Assembly (NCBI GenBank): GCA_977017645.1
Contig: OZ360227.1
Span: 88,474,001 to 88,538,000 of the forward strand
Reading direction: 5' to 3'
Origin: Torpedo marmorata
Lineage: Eukaryota
Length of the DNA stretch: 64,000 nucleotides
Positions 12,609 through 25,254 of this stretch are shown here, one piece after another (position 1 is the stretch's first letter; the number at the start of each line of letters is the position of its first letter). The notes under the pieces were generated by a model that searched no databases, was not told where the DNA came from, and was given only the letters and a program-made list of their open reading frames with translations. Both the position numbers and the translations under genes were made by a program.

Positions 12609-15600
12609 CTGAATAAGGAAGAAACAGAATTTAAGTATTACACAGGCATTTGTTTCAAAAAGAGTCAGATCTGATCGCAATCTAATCACCACTAACACTG
12701 TTTGACAGGGTGAAGATTTTGTTCATTGACTTGTTTATTAATTCCAGCAGTACATCATTGGTTTTGGTAATCAGACCACAGTTCACAATACAGAGGCAGC
12801 CCTTATTGTATACCACAGCTCTGTGCACTCCTGCTATTGGTTTTTTCCTTTTTCCATGAACATCGCTAAAAGCCACTGAGGCAACTGCTTTATCAAAATT
12901 TTAGTTTTGGGATGACCCCAAAATACTTCAATTTGAAACTGAGACAATTTACTTCACTTGTACATTTGTTGCATAAGGTCCTAGATTAGATCTGGATTTT
13001 TAAAATTCTTTGAGCAAGCAGATCGATTGCCAAGAGATTCTACCACAAGAAAACTGCCTATTGACCTTCCCAAATATTTAAACAGAAGCAACAGCATTCT
13101 TTGAAAAGAAAGCAACCAGTTTTTCAAAAGAAGATTCTGCCCCTGTTGACATCTTATTCACAAAATAATTGCAGAATATTCATCCTTTCATTTAATCTTA
13201 TTTCCATGTCACCTTTTGTATATATATTTTTTTCAGCAATAGGTTAGAGCGTGCAATGTAGTAACAGTTTGAGATGGGTGTGCAACATTATTGGGATACA
13301 AAAATGATATGAAAAGCTGAATTAATGGACTGTATCAATCTGGGCTATGAATAGTATCTACCTACGACAATTCTGATATCTCACAGTATCGTTCAATAGA
13401 CTGAAATGCACAAATTTCTTCAAGGTTATTCACAAATGTTGAAAATATTACCAATGTAAAAACTGAGAGGAAAATTAATTCCAAAGTTGAGAAGTGTTTT
13501 TTGCAAGTTTGATTATTTTTAGAGAGAAATTGCTTTTGAAAGTGATCTCTAACTACCGACTCAACTCTCAACTAAGATGCAGATACAAAAAAAACAAATC
13601 GAAACAATAAGGTTAAAAGACAATAACTGACTACATTCATGCTGGTCCGCATTATCTTAGTCACGCTAGTGTGAATTTTCTTCAGCAAAAGCAAAAGACT
13701 GGAAGACTGAAAACTCCAGTAATTTTATAGCGTGCATTTGCCCAATATCTGCTATATTGGACACTTTTGATACAAATATGATATATAAAAGATAATTGGC
13801 AAATAGATTACAAAAATAATTTAACAATTCCATTCTATAAATGACATTTTGATCATTTTTTAAATAATCAATTGACATAATTGGAGAATGTAGGTGCTAA
13901 ATTGGGGCAAACCAATGCATCACAAGAGGCTTGACTAATTTCTTGTTTTATATTTAAAATCTTAAGAGGCAATGGAAGAGTGAATGGACGCGAAGGAATT
14001 GGTGGGAAGGAACTATTGCCAGCTGTAAATTGATAAAGTCTTCTGTAGGTGGACCTCAGTATGAAGTTAACAGAATACTTGTATAACAAATTTAACAAAA
14101 TATAATTGTGTATTAAACCATCGTATCCAATGAGTAGTCATTATGTAATTCTGGACATTTTACAATCTTAGTGCTTTGATCATGGTAAAATTGGTAATAC
14201 CCAGCCTTGATGTTTTAATATATTTTGCCATATAGTAAAATGTCTTGACCTCTGCTTGGTTCACTCAGTCTGGGTTTTACAGGTAATGTATTTATTGTGG
14301 ATTTTTATGACTTTGCAAGTTGTCTTCATTTCTTTTCTATTGATGACATATCAATGCAACAACTCACTTGCATATCCTGTCAACAAGTGTAATAACAATA
14401 AATATTGTATATATAGCCTCCATTTTCACACAGTGTAATTTTGCTTGCTTCAAGTTTCTCAACCAAAAAATGTTAATAGTGCAATGATCACACATAACAG
14501 CCTTTTTGTTTAATAATCCTTATTAACTTAAACACCTTGTGATTTGATTAAAAATTGTTACATTAAGTATATTTTTTCTTTTGATTCATTTGATTCTCTC
14601 AAAATTATTTGAAGGTTATCCCCTAATCTTTTTGTGTTTTAATTTCTGTGATTTTAATTAGAGTAAGAAGATTCTAAACTTTAAATTGACATAAAGAGCC
14701 AAACACCATAGTTGAAGAATCAGATTAATGCCTCACTTGCTCAGAATTTGACAGATTATTGGTAAACTAATTGTAAGTGCAAACAGCAAAATATATCAAA
14801 GCAGTATACCAGAGTATATTGAATGATAAGTAAGTGTCCAAACAACCCAGGCAAACGGTTGGTTATTTTTCCTGGACTCATTCACAAAAGAACAGTATCA
14901 CAGCAGCAGACATATTTTGGGCACATATTCCAATTATATAGATCTGACGGAGGGATTATAATTCCAGAGAATGATTACAATATTTAAAGCTTGTTTTGAG
15001 ATGGAATCAATGCTTCAATGACATTTGATGACCTTTTGTTTAGGAAATGACCATATTGTACCTTTGCCCTGATTTCCCAAAGTAAATTGGAATTATCCAT
15101 GGGTAAAGGGGGCTCTGCTGAGCAAAGGAGACTGGGATGAACGAATAGAGGTCTTTAAAATGATGAAAGGTTTTGATATAACAGCTGCAGAGTGAATGTT
15201 GCACCGTGAGCAAGCGCATTATTACACACTATCATCACAATGTGGTCACCAAAAGTTCACTAAGAATTAAAGCGTGGAGCCCGTGTGAGACTGGCTATCA
15301 AAGAGAATGGTCGAAGCGAATAGTGCAGATGCATTTCAGGGGAGCACATGAGGGAGAATGGAATGGAGTCTTCGGCTGACAGATTAAGATGGGGAAAGAC
15401 CAGGGAGGGTGTTTCTAGTGGAGTAAGAACTGGTTGGGGCGAATAGTCCGCATGTCATCCTCTGCAAAGTCATTCGTTTGCAACTGTACTGATTTTCACT
15501 CTTAAATAAAATGGTTTATGTTAATCGGCCTTTAAATGCCCCCGAATGTAACAGGGGGACGGTGTCAATGGGCGCCTGAGAGAGAACACATCAGTGGGGA

Positions 15601-16547
15601 ACTAAATGGGCTGATCGAAACGCTCTTGAGAGCCGGCATGTGTCCTAAGGAAATACGAATATGGAATTACCTTCCTATCTCCGTAATATAACCCAAAAAT
15701 GTTCATACCTATGTTCACTGCTACCAGGCATGCAATAGAAATTTACGGCAGGGTTGGGAGAGCGACCCCATGCTCCCCCCCCCCCCCCCCCCTCATTGCT
15801 GGAGTTCCTTCAGAAGGATGTGATGGTGAAGGAGCGCTGGAACGTGAGGGCGATGTGATGCTTTAAATAATGATTTGTTCGGAATATTGATCATTTTATA
15901 ATATGTATTATTGAGTGATTTAAAATTTTAAATAAAATATTTAAAAAATAAACAAAAGATAAACTAGCGTGGTTCACCCCTCAAAAATATTAACCTGGCA
16001 ATTCCTAAACACTGCCATTCATATTGGCAATTGATAAACCTGGGGCTTTAATCCGCCACAAGAATCAGGCCGATATCCGCTTCTGCCTTGGAACTCTATC
16101 ATTGAGGGTTGTCCCATACTTTGGGAATACCCATCTGTCCCTTGTCACTTTCCTATTCACACATACCACACACCCACAGATACGACGTGAGGGTTGGTTC
16201 TAAACGGACTTTGAGACACTTTCGTTAAATTATTTAAAAAGGCAAAGGTATGCTTGTTGGTCGTGAACCCGTCCATAGCAGCGTGGAGATTACTGATTGG
16301 GAAAGAGCCCTTTAAAGTCCCCCTTTTTGGAGATTACGTGCGAGAGAGATCGGGGAGGGGTGATCCTTCACGTTTCGCACTAGATGGTGACATGGGACTG
16401 GTAGGTACTGGGCAGGACAACAGCGGGCTGGAAATCAGCCGTGCTCCTTCCTGTAACCTTACACCGAGCACCGAGTTTAATCAAGATGAATCCTGGCACC
16501 CAACCGGAATGTGCCTGCAGTCAGTCCGCCGAGTGTCGCATCCTTAC

Positions 16548-16725
16548 CTCCCAGCGCCTTGACCGGAGAGCCATGAGATCTCCCTCTGTCTCCGTCCGTT
16601 GGGCTACCGTTCGGCTCCAGCCTGGCCTTCTTACCGGGAGGTGGCCCTTGCGCTTCGGGGCTGGTGCTTTTCCTCTCCGGGCTGTCCCGGGGGTAGGAAC
16701 GGGGGCTGGTGCTTCTCATTTCCAT
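16548..16725 (-). CDS. SATB2: SATB2 first coding exon (coding part)
   Basis: [59 protein letters not shown] resembles the vertebrate SATB2 N-terminus as I recall it ([38 protein letters not shown]). It ends at G|gtaagg, phase 1. Confidence 0.92.
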
Positions 16726-16784
16726 TCTCCGCCACCGGTGTGTCGGAGCTCCCGAATGCTGATTACCGTGGAACGTGCATGGAC
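16726..16784 (-). other. SATB2: 59-nt 5' leader portion of the first SATB2 coding exon
   Basis: Strong acceptor ctcttcttgttttcag|GTCC at 16785, continuous with the ATG at 16725. Confidence 0.8.
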
Positions 16785-17477
16785 CTGAAAACAAGAAGAG
16801 AGCCTGTGTCATGTCTGTTATGATCACGGTGCGCCAACTTGTTCGACCTTAAGAGAAAGCAAGTATTTGCGGGTGAATTTTCACAGGTCACACAGGCGGA
16901 GATTTGCGCGATGCCTTTTATTATTCGTAACTTTCAAATAAAGTCGGGTTACTAGTTAACAGAGGCGATAGTGAAGCTTGTAGTAAGGTGCTCTCGCAAA
17001 AAGACACACCGATATCAACACAGCCACACAAAAATATATTGACTCATCCGGCGGAGTGCTGGTCCAAAACTTAATATCTTAGAAAACCTGCAGCTATTAA
17101 TTCAAGCTCCTGCAATTGTGGCATTGAAAGTTAAGACTTTTCAAATTCAAACAAATGCTAAACCCTTTTTAATGGGCCGCTGGAAACGAAAATTGGGGCA
17201 TCAAAAGTCATTATGGAAACCTTTTCCCTTAAACGAACTTGTCACGTTACAACACCAGCTGCTTGACATTTTTAAAACCAGACAGGAACACTTTTTGCTT
17301 CAATACATGGGGGAATAGCGCCGTTTAAATGCAGCAAGTGGTGGCAATAACGCGCCCGGCAAGACTCAAGTGACATCGTCTGACATGGTCACATTTAATG
17401 CTTTTGTCACAATCTCCCGTTGTTGAAATCCAACTTTTAACTGAAGGTAATTAGTTCGCTGCAGACGAGGTCGTTCT

Positions 17478-17540
17478 CCTCTCTCTCTCTCTATCTCTCT
17501 CTCTCCATCTCTCTCTCCATCTCTCTCTCTATCTCTCTCC
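17478..17540. repeat. Imperfect (TC)n microsatellite
   Basis: Seen directly. Confidence 0.85.
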
Positions 17541-17589
17541 CTCCCTCCGCCACAGTTTGACAATAATGTCTCCCCCAGTGTGTCCCTGT

Positions 17590-18480
17590 GACTTACTACC
17601 TAGGATGTGTCTGTTCGCAGGATGTGCTGAGATGTGACTCTGTCCATGAGCAAGAAGCAGGGAATCCAGGTCTGGAGGTTGAGCTGACAGGCTGTCGTTC
17701 CCGACTCAGACCCTGTCGTATCTCCCGCCGCTCTGACGTTCGTCTCCTCCCGGATCCCGCAGAAGATAGGAGGTGAATGAGGGAAGGGATGAATGAGAGT
17801 GCGAAAGAAAGTGAAACTCACGCACACTGCACTCCAGAGGATTTCCCTTCAAGCGGTCACTCCTTGTCACAAATTCATATATCAATTATTTTTAAAGACT
17901 GCCCCCTTCAAAAAAAAGCTAAAAATAATCACTTCAAACATCCACCATGCAAAAAGAAACCCTTCCACGGAGCTGGAGTTCCAATGTAAAAGGGAAGAGC
18001 CACCCGTATCACTTTGATCATATCTCTCCACGATCGAAGCCTTGGGACTGACAGCGACAGAATGAGAGAGAAATTATTAGTTGCGTTGACTCATGAGCCC
18101 TCCTTGGGGTTGTCCTCTTTTCTCCTGATCCCTGCACGCTTCCGTTCCTGATCCGGGAGAGATTTTTATTTTGCATTTAACGGTGAGGGTGATCGAGCCC
18201 CCAGGTGAAAGAGAGAGGGGTAGGGAGGAGGGTGAGGGATGGGGGCAGCGGCGGAGTCTCTTGCTCTCACTGCCGCTTTCTCGGACAGCGGAGCTCAGTT
18301 TGATTAAAGAAATAACATGGGAGAAAATCCACACCCCCTCCCCAACACACACTCCATATACACTTCCCGTCTTTGCCGCGCAAGAATTTTTAATCAGCTT
18401 GATTACTGTAAGGCGGTTCGCATTTATTACAGATAATAACACCACATGACCAGATCATTAAATGGCTGGTTGAGCGTTCT
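17590..18480 (-). promoter_or_regulatory. Candidate proximal SATB2 promoter and non-coding first exon(s)
   Basis: GC/CpG-rich. Minus-strand donors GTAAGT (17591-17596) and GTGAGT (about 17816-17821), an AP-1 site TGACTCA near 18087, and homeobox-like TAAT/TTTAT motifs at 18385-18440. No transcript evidence. Confidence 0.45.
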
Positions 18481-18510
18481 GAATAGATGCGCTGAATACA
18501 GCAAACACAG

Positions 18511-18574
18511 GCGTGCGCGCACACACACACACACATGCGCGCGCGCGCGCACACACACACACACGCGCACACAC
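18511..18574. repeat. 64-bp alternating purine-pyrimidine tract, (CA)n/(GC)7
   Basis: Seen directly. Confidence 0.9.
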
Positions 18575-19849
18575 TAAGAAGGAGAAAAAACTCACAAGCA
18601 CACCCAGAATGCAGAATCACCAAAGCAGACATATACACAAACTGAGTCATACATATGCGGTCAAAAGACCCTGATTGTAATATGCATCAAATAGGCCCAT
18701 GGACATAAACACAATACAGGAACACACTCCCTATAAACGCTACTCTTTAATTTCTCCGCACACAGATACCTTCCTGCTAAAGGGACACCCAGTTTCTCCC
18801 CGAAGTGTAAACAAATACAATTGAATGGACAGTTCTGTTCTTCGTTTTTTTTAAAAAACGAGGCGTTGGATAAATAAAACAAGTGCACTGCCATGTAAAA
18901 TTAGTTAATAATAAACTGCATTCTTGATAGACAGATGCTTCGGCTTTTAATAATTTATGAGAACGAACATAATTTTTTTCTAGGAGCCTGCAATTAATAT
19001 TTAATAAAGTCAACAGTTCTTTTCACACCCCTCGTCTTTTTGTATTTTAGCTCCGAATGTTTGGAAATGTCACGCAGCCCGTAGTGATTGCCCGGAGTGT
19101 CCCGGGCGTGCGTGGGCAGAGAAGACCCATTGTCGGGAAAGTGAATTACTTTTGCTCTCACTCACTCCTCGAATTTGACACCAGTCCGCTGCTTTAATCC
19201 ACTGCAGAGAAATACTCTTTACTTTTCTGCCCCTTAAAATCTTTGTTTTATCTTCATCTTTATTTGCCAGAGTCCTCGCAATCATGAATTCCGTAGTTTG
19301 GACTCAGCATGGATAACCACGCGTCGCTCGCACGCAGTTCTGACCAGACAACAGAAACTTGCTGGCATGATTTCGTTACTCGCTTGTGCGGGCGACCCAG
19401 TCAGAGTTCGCAGCTGAAGGTGGCTCCGAACTCGTAAAAAAAACTAGTGGCTCAATTTCAGGAAGCGGAGAGTATTATAAAACAGGCTAGCATCTAGGTT
19501 TAAAAATGCACTCCTGCAATGTCAGTTTCCCACATTATTAATCTCCTAGTTTGAATCGTGAGAAGAACAGGATTTAAATGGTTACATTGATCACTAAATC
19601 TAAAATTAACCACGGACCTAAGATTATTTTAACCACGGATCTAAGATTATTTTAACTCTGCGCTAATTGCCAATAGTTTAGACGACAAAGAAATATCCAC
19701 GGAAGTACCTACACTCGCACCTTGGATTCTTTACCTCCTCGTCATCCAGATGCAAGTCTGGGTTCTCAAGAAGCCAACCACATTCGTTTGCGCCACCACG
19801 GCTGGTGATACAGAAAGAACCCCGACAAAACGCAACGTATCCTCAGTTA

Positions 19850-19960
19850 ATAGCCTCGTCCCGATGAAGGGGTTTCGGCCCGAAACGTTGACTATCTATT
19901 GCCTTCCATGGATGCTGCCTGATACGGAGTTCCTCCAGCATTGTGTGTGTTCCTCATCCC
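19850..19960 (+). mobile_element. Penelope-like terminal repeat remnant with a minimal hammerhead-like motif
   Basis: CCGATGAAGGGGTTTCGGCCCGAAACGTTGAC followed by ...GAGTTCCTCCAGCATT, as in the other copies in the window. Confidence 0.7.
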
Positions 19961-20420
19961 CAACATTGATGCCACGATATTTATTAAGTGTTGCTATATG
20001 TGCCTTGAAAGAGACTGGTGCCAGTTGTTCCCTAATAGCTTTAATAGTCCCCTAATTGTTTCCTAATAGACCCTAAAGTAGAGGCTTTCCCAAACTTTTT
20101 TTTAATTCAAACGGCTGCTTAGCATTTTCAAGCAACAAACGGTTAATAACACTGCTCTCTCCCTCCCGAGTCCTGCAATACAGAGCCTCCTTAAGTACGG
20201 TGGCGCCACTGTGCCATACACCAGCAGTAAAGCGTAACCAGATCGCACAACTCGAAATTCCTACTTGCTCTGGTCTGCCTTGGCCACCCATTCACATGTC
20301 AATCGCCCACATCACCTCGAAAATAAAATAAAGTAGGGCCAATCGCGAATCGGATAAGCGAGGTGGGGAGGGGGGTGGGGGGGGGGGAGAAATTACGAAG
20401 CAGAAAGAGCAAACATTTAC

Positions 20421-20900
20421 CCTGAGGCAGAGACGACTCGTCTGGAACAAAGGCAGAATGGGGAAGAGAAAGAAAACTTGAAAGCAATCGCCGATCTTCC
20501 AAAATAAAGATGAAATCGTCCCGGAGAGTTGTACGAAGGGAGCCGGTGGCAGACGCCCTGGAGTCAGTGAGTAGAACTCTCCGAAACCGCGCATCAATTG
20601 TCTGATAATATCTATCGTCGCAACGGTGGCAATGATAAGCGTGTTTGCCTTCAATGCGGTCTGGGTCGATATTCATTGCATTTTAAACGGTTTTATTACA
20701 GATCTGCAGTTTCATGCCCTCGGATCGCATCTGCCGGCACCCATTGAGTCATTTCCAATCGCAGTGATTTGCATTTGCCCTCTTTCTTTATATAAAGCGC
20801 CAGTAGAACCGGGTGTTTATCTCCGGTGTGGTATCATTTATTAACTATTTAATGCATAAAATATGACAGCTGGTTTCACGGGGCGGCAATTAATTGCTCA
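20421..20900 (-). promoter_or_regulatory. Candidate distal SATB2 promoter and upstream exon
   Basis: Palindromic TATA CTTTATATAAAG at 20786-20797, octamer ATTTGCAT at 20767-20774, AP-1 TGAGTCA at 20745-20751, TGACAGCTG near 20864, and donor CAGG|GTAAAT at 20420/20421. Confidence 0.5.
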
Positions 20901-23900
20901 AGTTTATTTTTCTTAAAGTGGCGGAAGTTTGACAATCCAGGGTTTTTTTTAAAAAAAACTCCTGAAACGGACAAGCCCTCAGAAGAAACTGATTGCAACA
21001 GAAAGTTCGATCATTTTCCAGCCGCTGGTTCTCCCGGAACTAGGCTATATTCCGAAGTAAGATGTTTACTTTCCCGCTGTAGAGGCGCTGTAGTCCCGAA
21101 TACGCCTTGCTCGCTTATCGCCCAGCACAATCAAGTCTTTCGGAAAGTTATCCGTTCCGAACCATCACCAAAATGAGAAGAAACGATCGAGGAATTAACG
21201 TATATCACCCGGGGCGAATGAAGACTTGGTTAATTGCGGGAAGACGTCTGAGAAATTACCAGTGTCACTTTTAATATTACACCACATGTAACTTTCACTC
21301 ACTGGCCATTCTGAGTGAGGCGGCCCAGTCCTTAACAAGTATGTCCAAGACATTATGTGATAGATCCGCGTGAACTTCCAGCATTGAGAGCGTGTGTTTC
21401 AGGCGAGAAAGCCAACGCGGGAGGGGGGTATTGAACACTTTCTGTTTCGGACGTTGTGAAGCTGGTCGGACGAGACTACCCTTCTCAAGCTCCGAGCAGG
21501 CCGATTTCAGCAGCACCGTCGCTTGTTTTATTTTGTTAAAATATTTTCCGTTAACAAAGATCTTATATTGTAATGGTTCAAGTCATACTTTGAATTTATG
21601 AAACGGACTATCAGTGATGTGTATGAGTAAGTCTCGGGCCGGTTGAAGTTTCCCACCAATACTCCGTCATTCTCCCCAGCACCACGCCTGATCTGCACCT
21701 GGGCCGAAACATTGCGTTCCAATTACCGAGCTTGCTCAACGGAGTACAAATCGGTACCAATCACGGGTTTCTATAAGATCTCGCTGGGACAAGGGTCCTC
21801 TCTTTTTGGGGATTTTTTTGTTGTTGCCTGCAGTAGATGCATCAAAACAAAAGTCGGGCGTACAAGAGATGTTCTGTAACATATTAAATGTCAAGAACCA
21901 GCACCGTGTTGTTCAAGGACAGCTGGTCAATTCCACAAATTCATAATGAAGTGATTGCCTGTGTTTTTGGGGAACGTTGCGAGGAGGAGGAGAGCAGTCG
22001 CAGTAGTTGAAATGCGAAGCACCTTTGCAGAGGAGTTTGCTAGTTGCCTTTGCTCGCAATTCCCAAATCGGTGGAAAGTGTATTTGAGTGAAGTTGAATC
22101 TCAAAAGGCATTTGCATCAACATAATATGTATATTTTTATGATCAGTATTTAGAAAACCTTCCATCGAAAAACGACCCAAAAATTATTTTTTGTTAAGTG
22201 TACAGATGTCGTTAACATTTCAACAATAAACGTTTGACAAATTAATCTGATTGTGATTTTGTGTTTATGAAGATCAGATTTGGTTCGGGTTTTTTTTGCG
22301 TAGTTATTATCAAACTGGTAAAAGTTTTTAAAAAACTGCCATCAAACAGGGGTCAGTGGAAGTTTTGCTAGGTGTTTGTGGGCTCTATGGGGAAAAATTC
22401 GCAGGCCAAACAGGAGCCGTTCCGTGCATAGCGCGCTTCAAGAGAAATTCTCAGGTCTATTAACTAACATGCCTCTTTCCTCCGCTTCGTTTCGTAAGAG
22501 ACCCGAAAGGCAGGACGAATGAATTCCTGCTCTTTCACTTGCTGTTAAAGTGTACTGTATAATTATCCGGGAGTAGCTACATAATAATGTGAAACACCGA
22601 ACCGTTTTGCTTCCAATTAAAAGCGAACGGACGATTAAACTATTCTGAATATATTGCTTGATTGCTGTCTGGAAAAAAAGAGACTTTATTAGAATCGTAT
22701 GCAATGCCCAAACAGGTACAAATAAATATACGTGTGTGCATATTTAACGTGTGTGTCTGTGTGCCTGCGAGTGTTGACATACATTATGTGTATTATACTG
22801 TATGTGTAACCTTTGCATTACATTAAGATGTGTAACCTTTGCATTACATCTCAAACAATGTTTCTCCTGCTTTATGTCAGAAATCACACGTCGACATTAA
22901 TGTTGACAGGGAGCTGCTTCTGTACCATTCGACTTTAGATGTTTCATTCGGGCTTCAGTTTGGTCAATGGATTATTTTGGTTGGGGGGGGGCAGAGGGAG
23001 ACAAAGAAGGAAATCATTTTTATTCGCCACAATATTTGGGAATTAATTACTTGAGATACGTTTAACTTACAGATTTAACATTTAAAGTCACACCGTCGAT
23101 CTGGCAGCCCAGTTTACCAACCGTTTGGATCCACTGTTAATGTTGTATCGAATAATACGCTTAATTAAATAGGCGGTCATGCAGAGAACTTAAAACTCAA
23201 AGAAATGGCCTATAAAGATTACTTATTAACTTTTGCATAAAGTGTACTAAACTCACAAATCCGGTCAGTTTATTTAATATCTACTTCAGATTAGTTGGGG
23301 CATATTTTGCGGAACACCGTGTCCAGATTGTAAATCGTGAAGCCAAAATATCAGGTTTTTTTTCGGGAGTGAATCTAAATGTATCCAGAAATAAGTTTTC
23401 ACCTTTATTTTGGGCAGGGATACCCCTCCTCCCCAACACTGGTGTGAATGCATTAATTCCACGGTGGCGGATTCCAATTCAGAGCACGCTAGCAACTGAC
23501 AAGTTAATTTTGAAATATTGTACAACAAAATCCCCAGCTGACCGACTGAACAAGCATTTTATTTTTCCTGTTTCTGTCTGCTCCATTAGCATTTTCAGCT
23601 AGAAGTGCAAAAAAAAACTCCACTCAAACTACAAAACGTGTACAGGTAGGGACATCTTGACACTACGCGCTCCAACTCTCAATACTAAGCCCAAACCTTT
23701 TGGGGACAGGGGAGACTAATTTGTAGAGAACTGTCAACTCTCTTTAAAATCGATTCCTTCGTCCTCCCATATTTTAAGAATTCAAACTTCAAAATTCATA
23801 GCTTACACCAAATAATGTAAAAAGACTGACTTTCACCGTGCTTTCTATGTCTCCATTTAGTTTACGCGGTAACAAAAGATGTTTCACCAGAGTAAATACA

Positions 23901-23979
23901 TCAAAGAATATTCACCAAAGCTAACCCTTGATTTTAACCACGTACCCAATAATTACGAAGTGTGCATTAAATAATTACT

Positions 23980-24250
23980 GTGAAACACGAAAGTCTGCAG
24001 ACGCTGTGATTGTAGTAAAAACACAGAAATGGCAGGTCTGGCAGCGTCCAGAGGAGGTAAAGATGTATTACCGACGTTTCGGGCCTGAGCCCTTCTTCAA
24101 GGTATGAGAGGTATGATAATTGAGATCATACCAAGGTATGATCAATCATACCTTGAAGCAGGGCTCAGGCCCGAAACGTCGGTAATATATCTTTACCTCC
24201 TCTGGACGCTGCGAGACTGGGCTGAGTTCTCCAGCATTTTCGTGTTGTTA
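23980..24250. mobile_element. Inverted pair of Penelope-like terminal repeats
   Basis: 67-bp inverted arms at 24041-24107 and 24146-24212 with 2 mismatches. The same sequence ends the GIY-YIG element at about 56370-56475. Confidence 0.8.
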
Positions 24251-25014
24251 TTTTATAATTATTATCCGGTGCGTTTCTTCACCGGACTTCTCAAGTTAAT
24301 GACCATCCTCAAGATACATTTTAAAATTATGATTGAAATTGGCAGATTTGGATATTGAAGTGGGAGTTCCATTCTCCTTCGCCGCCCCATCCCTTCGCCC
24401 CCACACCCCGCTTCTGAGCAGCATTACTGCCAGGAGACCTGGGGCTCAGCGCCATCTTCTGGATCAAGCAGTACAGGGATCGCACGTCACTTAAATATAT
24501 CACAATTCACGACAGGGAATCGGTACCGTCAAAAGTACTGTTTTAAACCATTTCATTTCAACGTAACAGAGTCACAGGGTGCGTGGAAATTCGGCGCTCC
24601 TTTTCCTGTTCAGTCAAATTGTTTTCTTTAAGGAGTTAAAATAGTTCGAAGTCAACACTCGCACCAAATGTTACACCTTAATGCGGCGGTCTCAGAAAAC
24701 ATGACATTACATTAAAATATTACACGAAGAAGAGAAAATCACGAAGGGAAGTGGTACTTATCTGCTTCAAAGTTAAACTGTGCCCTTCTGGTTAACAGAA
24801 AGCCTTATTTGGTGCAAAATTGTAAAGTGATCTATTAAAGTAATACTTCTTGTTTATTAGCTATGAAAAATGATTTATAACAATGTGTTCCCAATGCATT
24901 TAAAATCATGCATTTTAGCAACAATGTAGTTTCGCTGCTGCAGTAATTGAATCACAAATTAGTCTGTTCCTTTTCATTGTCATTGACCGGTTTCTAAATG
25001 CGCGGGGTCTAATT

Positions 25015-25220
25015 CTAACGTCCAGACTGTGCAACAGTTTTTTCCCCCAAGCCATCAGGCTCCTCAATTCCTAGATATATATGTGTATTAGCATGTTATA
25101 GTTTTTCTATTGTATTGTGATATTTATGTACATCTGCCCATGGTCCTGGAGAAACGCTATCTCGTCTTACTGTGTATATGGTAATGAACGACAAATAAAG
25201 GTGACTTGACTTGACTTGAA
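25015..25220 (+). mobile_element. LINE 3' end with a (GACTT)n tail
   Basis: AATAAAGGTGACTTGACTTGACTTGA terminus; reverse-complement homologue at 34380-34625. Confidence 0.7.
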
Positions 25221-25254
25221 CAGTACTGAGTGGAACGGGTGACGTTGACCTTGG

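Noticed and set aside
15775-15792. Poly(C) run
   Set aside because: Simple homopolymer whose length is unreliable in assemblies.
16477-16827. 116-aa ORF as a stand-alone gene
   Set aside because: Only 16548-16784 is exonic; the ends read through the splice sites into introns.
19606-19656. 24-bp tandem duplication (TTAACCACGGAYCTAAGATTATTT x2)
   Set aside because: Simple local slippage with no further structure.
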